The notes below the pieces were generated by a model that was not told the DNA's origin, did not search any database, and saw only the letters and a program-made list of their open reading frames with translations. Positions 39,183 to 48,175 of a stretch of DNA of 64,000 nucleotides are shown one piece after another. Positions within the stretch are counted from its first letter, which is position 1. The number at the start of each line of letters is the position of its first letter. Source of the DNA: Spirochaetia bacterium. GTDB lineage: Bacteria > Spirochaetota > Spirochaetia > SZUA-6 > Bin103. The stretch spans positions 864,001 to 928,000 of the forward strand of contig CBDBOV010000005.1 of NCBI GenBank assembly GCA_965208575.1. Reading direction: 5' to 3'. The position numbers were made by a program, and so were the translations under genes.

Positions 39183-40330
39183 GCGGCATCGCGCCGCTCG
39201 GCAGGCGGCTGGGGCTGCGCCGGAGGCGGCGGCAGCAGGACACCGAAGCGTACTACATGGCATCGAGCTGGGTGCTGATGAGGCGCAAGTTCCTGCGTCA
39301 CAAGATGGCCATTCTGGGCGGCTGCGTGCTGCTGCTGTTGTACGTGGTGGGAGCGGCGTTCTCCGGCTTCTTCTCGACCGCCGACATCGCCCGCCGCAAC
39401 CCCGACCACGCGCTCGCGCCGCCGCAGCGGATCCACCTGTTTCACGACGGCAGGCTGCGGGCGCCGTTCGTGTACGGCACCGAGGTCAGGATCAACCCGG
39501 ACACCTTCCGGCGCACCTACGTGGAGGAGCGCAGTACGATCTATCCGATCCGCTTCTTCACGCAGGGGGACGAGTACCAACTGCTGGGGCTGTTTGACGC
39601 CACCACCCGGTTCATGGGGGTGGCGGAGCCGGGCACGCTGTTCCTGTTCGGGACCGACAACCTGGGCCGGGACATCTACTCGCGGACGCTGGCCGGCGCG
39701 CGCATCTCGCTCACCATCGGCCTGGTGGGGGTGGGGTTGAGCTTCGCCCTCGGCTCGCTGCTCGGCGGCCTGTCCGGCTACTTCGGCGGCGCCCCGGACA
39801 TGGTGATCCAGCGCACGATCGACTTTCTGATCTCCATACCCACGCTGCCGCTGTGGATGGCGCTGGCCGCCGCGGTGCCCACCGACTGGCCGCCGGTGCG
39901 CACCTACTTCATGATCACCATCATCCTCTCGGTGGTGGGCTGGACCGGGCTGGCGCGCGTGGTGCGCGGCAAGCTGCTGCAGCTGCGGGTGGAAGACTAC
40001 GTGCTGGCCGCCAAGATCGCGGGCGCCACGGAGATGACCACCATCGTGCGCCACCTGCTGCCCGGCTTCATGAGCTACCTGGTGGTGCATCTGACCCTGG
40101 CGGTGCCCGCGATGATCCTGGGTGAGACCGCGCTGAGCTTCATCGGCTTCGGCCTGCGCCCCCCGGTGGTGAGCTGGGGCGTGCTGCTGCAGCAGGCGCA
40201 GAACGTGCGCACCCTGGCGGTGAGCCCGTGGCTGCTGATCCCGGCCGCGTTCGTGGTGGTCACCGTGCTGTGCTTCAACTTCCTCGGCGACGGGTTGCGC
40301 GACGCCACCGACCCCTACCGCTCGACGTAA
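39179..40330 (+). CDS. ABC transporter permease (DppC-like)
   Basis: ATGA overlap; paralog of 15407..16513. Confidence 0.93.
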   Translation: MSGIAPLGRRLGLRRRRRQQDTEAYYMASSWVLMRRKFLRHKMAILGGCVLLLLYVVGAAFSGFFSTADIARRNPDHALAPPQRIHLFHDGRLRAPFVYGTEVRINPDTFRRTYVEERSTIYPIRFFTQGDEYQLLGLFDATTRFMGVAEPGTLFLFGTDNLGRDIYSRTLAGARISLTIGLVGVGLSFALGSLLGGLSGYFGGAPDMVIQRTIDFLISIPTLPLWMALAAAVPTDWPPVRTYFMITIILSVVGWTGLARVVRGKLLQLRVEDYVLAAKIAGATEMTTIVRHLLPGFMSYLVVHLTLAVPAMILGETALSFIGFGLRPPVVSWGVLLQQAQNVRTLAVSPWLLIPAAFVVVTVLCFNFLGDGLRDATDPYRST

Positions 40331-40352
40331 CGGCCGGGGTAACTTCGAGGGG

Positions 40353-41204
40353 ATGATGGCAGAGCGACGGTTCCGGGCGTGCTGCGCGCGCTCGCGGCTC
40401 ACCGACGACGAGCGGGCGGCGTGGCAGCGCGACGGGTACGTGGTGCGCGAGGAGGTCTTCAGCGGCGAGGAGAACGCGCTGCTGAACCGGGTCGCCGAGC
40501 AGGTGGTGGCGGGTGAGCGCGCGTTCCCGGAAGTGCACGTCGACCGCAACGCGCTGGTGCGCGACGGCGTGCAGCAGCGCTCCGGCATCCATGGCATGCA
40601 CAAGATCCACTTCCCGAGCTGCTACCTCGCCGAGTTCCTGCAGCGCGTGCGCGATCCCCGGCTGACCGATCCCATCGTCGACCTGCTCGGGCCGGACATC
40701 CTGGGCATCAACAGCCTCTACCTCTGGAAAGCCCCGCGGATCGGGCTCGGCTTCCCCTGGCACCAGGACATGTTCTACTTCCGCCGGCGCTGGGTCACCG
40801 ACACCACGGTGGGCACCTGGACCGCCGTCGACGCCGCCGACCGCGGCAACGGTTGCCTGTACGTCGTTCCCGGCAGCCACCGCCTGCCGGTCGCCGAGCA
40901 CGACGACCTGGAGGGATCGCAGCAGGCCGAGTTCAAGCTCGCCCGCGGCGTCCGCGACCAGGACGGCGTCGCCTTGGAGCTGGCGCCCGGCTCGGTTGTC
41001 TGGTTCCACAGCCACCTGCTGCACAAGAGCACCGACAACCACAGCGGCCGCTTCCGCCGCAGCTACGTCGCCCACTACCTGAGCGCGCAAGCCGAGTGGG
41101 CGGCCCCCGGCGCCGCCAAGACCGGCTCCCCCGTAATGTGGGTCCGCGGCGCCACATTCCCCGGCAAGATCACCGAAGCCCACCGCGACGTACTGGGCGC
41201 TTGA
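40353..41204 (+). CDS. PhyH-family dioxygenase
   Basis: DGYVV, PWHQD, NGCLYVVPGSH, LLHKS..RR. Confidence 0.92.
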   Translation: MMAERRFRACCARSRLTDDERAAWQRDGYVVREEVFSGEENALLNRVAEQVVAGERAFPEVHVDRNALVRDGVQQRSGIHGMHKIHFPSCYLAEFLQRVRDPRLTDPIVDLLGPDILGINSLYLWKAPRIGLGFPWHQDMFYFRRRWVTDTTVGTWTAVDAADRGNGCLYVVPGSHRLPVAEHDDLEGSQQAEFKLARGVRDQDGVALELAPGSVVWFHSHLLHKSTDNHSGRFRRSYVAHYLSAQAEWAAPGAAKTGSPVMWVRGATFPGKITEAHRDVLGA

Positions 41205-41207
41205 AGG

Positions 41208-41420
41208 TCAAGCTTCGAGGCGGTCCAGGGCAATTTGCGGCAACGGAAGCGACTGAGGGTGGGATTGGTGCGGCGCCTCGCTGCTGGCGGTTACGCTTCA
41301 AGGCGATCCAGGGCGATTTCCGGTAGCGGAAGCGACTGAGGGTGAGATTGGTGCGGCGCATAGCTGCTGACGGCTACGCTTCGCGCCGGTGCAGCGCGAT
41401 ATCCGGCAACGGGAAGCGGT
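41208..41420 (-). repeat. 83-bp-period tandem echoes of the sulfatase B 3' end
   Basis: Stops TGA 41208, TAA 41291 and TAG 41374, each preceded by PLP(Q/E/D)IAL(D/H)R(L/R)EA. Confidence 0.9.
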
Positions 41421-42810
41421 CGCCGGTGGTCGCGATCCAGTCGGCCAGGAGGCGGTGGCAGCGTTCCTTCTGCTCCTGAAACGCCGCGTCGTAGACGTGG
41501 TTGGCCTGCTCGCAGGGATCCTCGGCGGTGTTGAACAGGAGCCAGTCGTGGCCGGGGGTGCAGGCGTACTTCCAGCCGTCGCGGGTCACCACGGCGCGCC
41601 AGGGGCGGTTCACGGTGTGGCGCATCAGCTTGGCCGGAATCTGCTGCAGGTAGGCGCTGTGCGGCTCGCGTTCCGGCCGCGGCGGACCGCTGGACTCCGG
41701 CGCATCGGCGCGCTTGCAGTGGGCCGAGTAGTCGTAGCCCACCATGCCGGCGGGGATGGTGAGGCCGCACAGGCCCAGCGTTGTCGGGGCGATGTCGACG
41801 TGATTGATCGGGGCGTCGCAGATGCCGGTGCGCATGTGGGAGGCGCCGCCGGTGCGGTGCACCAGGAACGGGATGCGGATCGACTCCTCCCACGGGCTGG
41901 ATTTCCCGAACTGGCCGTGGCTGCCCATCATGTCGCCGTGATCGGAAAAGAAGACCATGTAGGTCTCGCGATCCACCCCCATGTCCGTGAGCGCGGAGCG
42001 GATGCGGCCGATGTTGTAGTCCAGGTTCTCGACCATGGCGTAGTAGCCGGCCAATCCGAGCCGCGCCTTCTCGCGGATCCACGGCACGTCCGGCACGTTG
42101 CGCCGGAGTTGCAGCGTCTCGGGGTGCAGGCGGGAAGTGCCGTACGCAGGATTGGTAGGCGTGATGTTGGGGCCGTGCGGCGGCTGCACCGACAGCACCG
42201 CGAAGAACGGGCGATAGTCCGCGCCGGCGCCGTGCTCCGTATCGCCGGCGGGCGGACCGCCCCGCCCGGTGCCGCCGACGTGGGTGCGCAGGTGCTCGAC
42301 CAGCAGGTCGCTCCAGGCGTCGGTCTCGTAGCCGGGCAGCCGAACCGGGGTCTCGCTGTCGGTGCCGAACGCGTAGCACTCGTGCTGGTTGTTGGCGGCG
42401 TCGTTGCCCATCCAGTAGTGGAAGCCGCCACGCCGTTCCGGCGGCACGTAGTGGTCGCGGTCATTGGTGCCGTCCAGGTGCCACTTGCCGACGTAGGCGG
42501 TGTGGTAGCCCGCCGCGGCGAAGGCGTGCGCCACGGTGGGCATCTCCGGAGGCAGCGGGCAGCCGTTGGCCACTACGCCGCTCTGGTGCGGGTAGCGGCC
42601 GGTCAGCAGGGCGCCGCGGAAGGGCGTGCACCACGGCGCCCCGGCCACCCCGCCGTCGAAGCGCATCCCCTCGCGCGCCAGGTTGTCGATGTTGGGCGTG
42701 AACACGTTGCCGTCACCGCGGTAGCTGGCCGCCTGCGCGCGATGCTGATCGCCGAAGATCCACACCACGTTGGGCCGCCGCGCCGCCCGCAGGTTCAACC
42801 GCTCACTCAT
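41374..42810 (-). CDS. Sulfatase (paralog B)
   Basis: Same motifs as paralog A (CTPFR); collinear with it over nearly the full length. Confidence 0.92.
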   Translation of the reverse strand: MSERLNLRAARRPNVVWIFGDQHRAQAASYRGDGNVFTPNIDNLAREGMRFDGGVAGAPWCTPFRGALLTGRYPHQSGVVANGCPLPPEMPTVAHAFAAAGYHTAYVGKWHLDGTNDRDHYVPPERRGGFHYWMGNDAANNQHECYAFGTDSETPVRLPGYETDAWSDLLVEHLRTHVGGTGRGGPPAGDTEHGAGADYRPFFAVLSVQPPHGPNITPTNPAYGTSRLHPETLQLRRNVPDVPWIREKARLGLAGYYAMVENLDYNIGRIRSALTDMGVDRETYMVFFSDHGDMMGSHGQFGKSSPWEESIRIPFLVHRTGGASHMRTGICDAPINHVDIAPTTLGLCGLTIPAGMVGYDYSAHCKRADAPESSGPPRPEREPHSAYLQQIPAKLMRHTVNRPWRAVVTRDGWKYACTPGHDWLLFNTAEDPCEQANHVYDAAFQEQKERCHRLLADWIATTGDRFPLPDIALHRREA

Positions 42811-42964
42811 GCGCCCCATCCTGCCATACGCGCGCTCATTCCCCACCTCATCCGAGCTTTCGAGTCTGCCAGACTGCCGATGCAGCGGGAAGCGCACACA
42901 GTTCAGCATGTTCGGCCCTTGCCGAAACCCTTGATGGCCGTGCGCCAATGGCGTATCCTCGGCT

Positions 42965-43281
42965 GTGCGGTTTATCGAGACTTCCGTCTTCACGCGCCGG
43001 GTGATCAGGTTATTGTCTGATGACGCCTACCGATCCCTGCAGTTGGCTCTTTTGCTTCGTCCCGATCAGGGGCCGGTGATTCGTGGAACAGGAGGGCTAC
43101 GGAAACTGCGCTGGAACCTGGCAGGGACGGGCAAGCGTGGGGGTCTGAGGCTGCTGTATTTTGGGACAAACCTGAGGGCACAATCTATTTGCTGTTCCTC
43201 TACACCAAGGGTGACCGGGACGATCTGAGTCCTCAGCAACTGAGACCGCTGTCAAGGTTGATCCGAGAGGAGTTGACATGA
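42965..43281 (+). pseudogene. higB: RelE/HigB-family toxin, frameshifted
   Basis: FIETSVF..GTGGLRKLRW..GKRGGLRLLYF; the -1 frame continues WDKPEGTIYLLFLYTKGDRDDL..REELT* into an ATGA overlap. Confidence 0.85.
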
Positions 43282-43568
43282 AGGAAAACGATTTCAGCGA
43301 ACTGGTCACAAGCATCAAGGAAGCAGGCGACATCAAGCGTGGCAGCCGGCCGCCCTCACGCTTCTTCGAGTTCGGGCCCGTTGACATCAAGGCAGTGCGG
43401 GAGAGATTGCAGAGGTCGCAATCCGAGTTCGCTCTCATGATCGGAGTCAGCGTGGCCACGCTTCGGAACTGGGAACAAGGGCGGCGTCGACCCGAGGGGC
43501 CGGCCCGAGCCTTGCTGAAGGTCGCCGCCGAGGCTCCCGAAGCCGTCGAAAAGGCGCTGCGGGCATAG
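43278..43568 (+). CDS. higA: HigA-type HTH (Xre) antitoxin
   Basis: IKAVRERLQRSQSEFALMIGVSVATLRNWEQGRRRPEGPA. Confidence 0.9.
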   Translation: MKENDFSELVTSIKEAGDIKRGSRPPSRFFEFGPVDIKAVRERLQRSQSEFALMIGVSVATLRNWEQGRRRPEGPARALLKVAAEAPEAVEKALRA

Positions 43569-43765
43569 TCGCTGAGGCAGTGTCGCTCGCCCGCACTCCG
43601 GTCGCTGTGTGGCCAGCGATCTCCGGAGCGCCGAATCCGGCACGCGGGAAGCGCTGCGTGCGGAGCACCCCATCCTCATGGTGCAAGTGCATGGGACCCG
43701 GAGTTGCGCGTTCGGTTCATGCAAGTTATTCTGCTGAGTTGCAAGACCATTCCCAGGAGGTTGTC

Positions 43766-45808
43766 ATGAAACCGAGAGACCGCATGGCGCTCGCGTTGCT
43801 ATCGCTTCCGTTGCTGCTGGCGGCACTGCCGCTGGTTGCCGGAGGTGATGAAGAGTCCGGAGCTGCGGCTGCCGCCGGGGCTACCGCCGCGGCGGAGAGT
43901 ACGGCGGTCGCGGGGACGCCGTTCGTGGATCACATCTGGGCCTCCCCGGCCGCATACGAAAAGGCGACCGGCAACACGATCGCCGCGTTTCGCGAGTCGC
44001 CGCTGCTGGCGGCGCGGGTCGCGCAGGGCGAGTTGCCGCCGGTAGAGGAGCGGCTGCCCGAGTCGCCGCAGGTGATTCGGCCGATCGAGGCGATCGGGGT
44101 CTACGGAGGAACCTTCAACGGTGCCGCGGGTGCCCCCTGGGGTGGCGAGCACCTGGAGAGCGCCGGTCAGGGTCTGCTCATCTGGCCGCCTGATTCGAGC
44201 GTGCTGTATCCCAACGTCATCAGGGCATTCGAGGTCGCCGGCGATGCCCGCTCGGTCACGTTCTATCTCCGCGAAGGGATGAAGTGGTCGGACGGCGACG
44301 ATTTCGATGCCGACGATGTCGAGTTCTGGTATCGGGACATCCTCCAGAACGAACAACTCACCCCCAGCATTCGGGCTCGCTGGAAGCCCGGCGGCGAGTT
44401 GATGGGGATGAACAAGATCGACCAGTATACGGTACGGTTCTCCTTCGCTGCACCGTTCCACACGCTCCTGGAAGCGTGGGCCAACAGCGGCCTATGGGCC
44501 GCCTCCCATGCGCTGAAGAAGTGGCACATCGAGCATAACGCCGAGGCCGAGGCCCTGGCCAAGGAGGACGGCTACGACTCCTGGTGGCAGGCGTTTCAGT
44601 TCCGTTTGTACGGCTATTTGAGCGTCGTGGACGCACCCCAGCTCAACCCGTGGGTGCTCAAGGAGCTTCGGGTCGACTCCCTGCTCATGGAGCGCAACCC
44701 GTACTACTTCAAGGTAGATACTGCCGGCAACCAGCTTCCCTACATCGATGCCAGCCTGACGCTGCACTTCGAGAACCCGGGCGAGATCGTGCCGGCCAAG
44801 GGAATGAGCGGCGAACTGGACTTCCAGGTCTACAACACCAAGCTGTCCGATCTGCCCGTGTACCGCCGCAACGAGCCTTCCGGCGGCTACAAGGCGATCC
44901 TGTACGCCCGCAAGGACCAGTCGAGCGCGCTTTCCTTTGCCCTCAACTACACCCACAAGGATCCGGTGCTGCGCGAGATCTTCAACGACATTCGCTTTCG
45001 CCAGGCCCTGTCGCTGGCAATCGATCGTGATGACATCAACAGCACGGTGTTCCTCGGCTCCACTACACCGTTTACGGCCCCGGTGTCGGAGGCCTGGCCC
45101 GGGTTCGAGGAATGGATGAAGACATACTACGGCGAGTACGATGGCGCCCGAGCCAATTCCCTCCTCGACGAGATGGGGTTGGCATGGGATGACAATCAGG
45201 AGTGGCGCCTGCGACCGGATGGCAAGGTATTGCACATCAACGGCGAATATGCCACCGAATGGCTGGGCTACACCGAGGACTTGATGGACCTGATCAGGGG
45301 CTACTGGCAGCAGATCGGCGTGCGCATGGAACCGAAGTTCGTGCCGGAGGGTCTGCTCGGCCAGCGTTACATGGCCAACGATCAGGACATCGGCATCTGG
45401 AATACCGACGGCGGGACGGTGTTCCACGCCCGCTCCGCCTACCCGATGCGGTTGCTGCCGCCCTGGCATTGGATGGCCGACTGCTGCGCCATGTCCTCGG
45501 TGCCGTGGCGCCGCTGGCTCGACACCAACGGCGAGGCGGGTGAAGAGCCGCCCGAGACCATCAAGCGGATGTGGGCACTGTCACAGGAGTGGATGCAGGA
45601 GCCCACCGGTAGCGACCGCTACCACGAACTGATCGGCGAGTTGATTCGGATCAACGTCGAAAACCTGTACCTGTTCGGGACGGTCAGTTCACCGCCGCTG
45701 GTGGTGCTGATCAGCGACCGGATGGGCAACGTCCAGCGCGAAAACGCCTACGTGAACTACCGCATGCTGTACCCCTATCTCCCCGAGCAGTGGTACATCA
45801 AGGAGTAG
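43766..45808 (+). CDS. ABC transporter substrate-binding protein, family 5
   Basis: AGGAGG RBS, signal peptide, ESPLLAARVAQGELPPVEERLP; paralog of 36011..38002. Confidence 0.92.
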   Translation: MKPRDRMALALLSLPLLLAALPLVAGGDEESGAAAAAGATAAAESTAVAGTPFVDHIWASPAAYEKATGNTIAAFRESPLLAARVAQGELPPVEERLPESPQVIRPIEAIGVYGGTFNGAAGAPWGGEHLESAGQGLLIWPPDSSVLYPNVIRAFEVAGDARSVTFYLREGMKWSDGDDFDADDVEFWYRDILQNEQLTPSIRARWKPGGELMGMNKIDQYTVRFSFAAPFHTLLEAWANSGLWAASHALKKWHIEHNAEAEALAKEDGYDSWWQAFQFRLYGYLSVVDAPQLNPWVLKELRVDSLLMERNPYYFKVDTAGNQLPYIDASLTLHFENPGEIVPAKGMSGELDFQVYNTKLSDLPVYRRNEPSGGYKAILYARKDQSSALSFALNYTHKDPVLREIFNDIRFRQALSLAIDRDDINSTVFLGSTTPFTAPVSEAWPGFEEWMKTYYGEYDGARANSLLDEMGLAWDDNQEWRLRPDGKVLHINGEYATEWLGYTEDLMDLIRGYWQQIGVRMEPKFVPEGLLGQRYMANDQDIGIWNTDGGTVFHARSAYPMRLLPPWHWMADCCAMSSVPWRRWLDTNGEAGEEPPETIKRMWALSQEWMQEPTGSDRYHELIGELIRINVENLYLFGTVSSPPLVVLISDRMGNVQRENAYVNYRMLYPYLPEQWYIKE

Positions 45809-45842
45809 ATTCCAGTCCCGCGGGCTGCCAGCCAGCCGGCCT

Positions 45843-46964
45843 CTACGACTTGTAGGGGTCGGCGGCGTCCCGCAGCCCGTCGCCGAGGAAGTTGAAGGCC
45901 ATTACCGTCACCACCACGAACAGAGCGGGTATCAGCAGCCACGGGTAGATCGCCACGCTGCGCAGGTTTTGTGCCTTCTGCAGCAGGACTCCCCAACTCA
46001 CCGCCGGCGAGCGCAGCCCCAGGCCGAGAAAGCTCAGGCCGGTTTCGGCGAGAATCATCTCCGGGATCGCCAGGGTCAGGCTCACGATCAGGTAACTGGC
46101 GAAGTTGGGCAGCAGGTGGCGCACGATGATGGTGAGTTGTGGCATGCCCGCGACGCGTGCCGCCATGGTAAAGTCGAGTTCCCGCAGCTCCAGCAGTTTG
46201 CCGCGCACCACCCGCGCCAGGCCGCCCCAGCCGACCAGCGAGAGAATCGCCACGATAGCGAAGTAGACCTGCACCACGGACCAGTCGCGGGGCATGGCGG
46301 CGCCCAACGCCATCCACAGCGGAATGGTCGGAATCGAGATGAGAAACTCGATCACCCGCTGCACCGCCATGTCGATACGACCCCCGAAGTAGCCGGAAAC
46401 ACCCCCCAGCAGCACGCCGATGATGAAGGTCATCGCCACGCCCACCAGGCCGATGGAGAGCGAGATGCGCGCCGCCAGGATGGTGCGGGAGAAAAGATCC
46501 CGTCCGACGCTCTCGGTCCCGAACAGGAACAGCCCCGCCGGCTCGTCCACGCCGAACAGGTGAATGTCGCTCCGGACGATGCCGAGAAACCGATACTCTT
46601 CGGCGCGCACGAAGAAGCGCACCGGGTAGCGGACGCTCTTGTCCTCGGTATAGATCATCTCCAGGGTGTAGGAGTCGCGGCTGGTGCTGATGCCGTAGAC
46701 GAACGGCCGAGTGAGGCGTCCGCGTTCGTCGACCACGCGGAGCCGCGAGGGCGGATGGAGCACCGCTTCCTGAAACCGCTTCTCGCTGGAGTAGGGCGCC
46801 ACGAAATCCGCGAGCAACGCCAGCAGGTAGAGCAGGGCCAGAATGCTGCCGCCGACGATGGCCAGGCGGTGACGGCGGAACTTGAGCCAGATAAGCTGCC
46901 ACTGGGAGGCGAGATAGAGGCGCTCTTCAGCGTCGGAGACAGCGCTACCAGGTGGTTCGGCCAT
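45843..46964 (-). CDS. ABC transporter permease (DppC-like)
   Basis: ASQWQLIWLKF, ETGLSFLGLG, GDGLRDAADPY. Confidence 0.93.
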   Translation of the reverse strand: MAEPPGSAVSDAEERLYLASQWQLIWLKFRRHRLAIVGGSILALLYLLALLADFVAPYSSEKRFQEAVLHPPSRLRVVDERGRLTRPFVYGISTSRDSYTLEMIYTEDKSVRYPVRFFVRAEEYRFLGIVRSDIHLFGVDEPAGLFLFGTESVGRDLFSRTILAARISLSIGLVGVAMTFIIGVLLGGVSGYFGGRIDMAVQRVIEFLISIPTIPLWMALGAAMPRDWSVVQVYFAIVAILSLVGWGGLARVVRGKLLELRELDFTMAARVAGMPQLTIIVRHLLPNFASYLIVSLTLAIPEMILAETGLSFLGLGLRSPAVSWGVLLQKAQNLRSVAIYPWLLIPALFVVVTVMAFNFLGDGLRDAADPYKS

Positions 46965-46965
46965 G

Positions 46966-47961
46966 CTACGACACCTCCCCCGCGTCGATGCGGATGCGCG
47001 GATCCACCACCACCAGGAGGATGTCGGACACGAAGGTGCCGATGATGGTCAGGGTGTTGAGAAACAGCAACAACGTGGAGGCCACGAACATGTCCTCGAA
47101 GCGCAGGGCGCGGAACAGAAGTGGTCCCGTGGTGGGCAATCCGAGCACCAGGGCGGTGATGGTGGAGCCGGACACGATGACCGGCAGCAGCCAGCCGATG
47201 GTACTCACGATGGGGTTGATGGCCACCCGTACCGGGTACTTGAACAACAGCGCGCGCTCGCTGACTCCTTTGGCGCGGGCGGTAATCACGTACTGCTTCC
47301 CCAATTCGTCCAACAGGGTCGCCCGCATGACGCGGATCAGACTGGCGGTCCCCGCGGTGCCGACGATGATCACCGGCAGCGGCAGATGCTTCAGCAAGTC
47401 GAACACCTTGCCGAGCGACCACGCAGCGCCGACGTACTCGGGAGAGAACAAACCGCCGACGCTGACACCGAGCTTGAACAGAGCGAACATTACGATGAGC
47501 GCGAGTAGAAAGTTGGGGGTGGCCAGCCCGACGAAGCCTACCGACATGAAGAAGTAGTCGCCGGTGGAGTATTGGTGGGTGGCGGAGTATATGCCGATGG
47601 GAATCGCGATCACGTAGGTAAACACCAGGGTGCTGAGAGAGATCGCCACCGTGAGCCCGAGCCGCTCACCGATGATCTCCTTGACCGGGCGGTTGAGCTG
47701 GAACGACTGGCCAAAGTTCCCCTGCAGCACGTTGAACAGCCACTTGAAGTACTGTGCCCAGACCGGCAGGTCGAGACCGTAGCGGCGGCGCAGGTTGTCC
47801 AACTCTTCCTGGCTTACCTGCTCACCACGCTGGGCGAGCTGCGACGCAAGCGAGCTCACGAAGTCGCCCGCGGGGAGTTGGATGATCAGGAACGAGACGA
47901 TGGTGATGACCCACAGCAGGACCAACATGTAGCAGAAGCGGCGAATCAGATACGAGGTCAT
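46966..47961 (-). CDS. ABC transporter permease (DppB-like)
   Basis: YLIRR, IIQLPAGD, YVITARAKGV, VDPRIR. Confidence 0.93.
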   Translation of the reverse strand: MTSYLIRRFCYMLVLLWVITIVSFLIIQLPAGDFVSSLASQLAQRGEQVSQEELDNLRRRYGLDLPVWAQYFKWLFNVLQGNFGQSFQLNRPVKEIIGERLGLTVAISLSTLVFTYVIAIPIGIYSATHQYSTGDYFFMSVGFVGLATPNFLLALIVMFALFKLGVSVGGLFSPEYVGAAWSLGKVFDLLKHLPLPVIIVGTAGTASLIRVMRATLLDELGKQYVITARAKGVSERALLFKYPVRVAINPIVSTIGWLLPVIVSGSTITALVLGLPTTGPLLFRALRFEDMFVASTLLLFLNTLTIIGTFVSDILLVVVDPRIRIDAGEVS

Positions 47962-48045
47962 TGCAACGGCGGCAGTGTCTCAACTTATCCGAGGGCACGC
48001 TGAGTGTCGAGGATGCACCGTGCTGCGAGAGGCGGCGCAGATTGC

Positions 48046-48121
48046 GCGGTGACAGCGCTCCTTCTGCGGCTGAACGGCGCGTTGTAGACGTGGTTGGCCT
48101 GCTCGTAGGGATCCTCCGCGG
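48046..48121 (-). pseudogene. About 75-bp fragment of a third paralog-A/B-type sulfatase
   Basis: AEDPYEQANHVYNAPF..QKERCHR aligns with 41452-41528. Confidence 0.8.
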
Positions 48122-48175
48122 CCACACATGGCGATGAGTCGCCGCCGCCGAAACTCGTCGGATCTGCCACGCCGG

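Noticed and set aside
41208-41420. CRISPR array or DGR template/variable repeat
   Set aside because: The spacers are near-identical rather than unique, there are no cas or reverse transcriptase genes, and the differences are not adenine-specific
43600-43670. Possible 3' echo of higA
   Set aside because: The match is short and GC-rich; not distinguishable from chance
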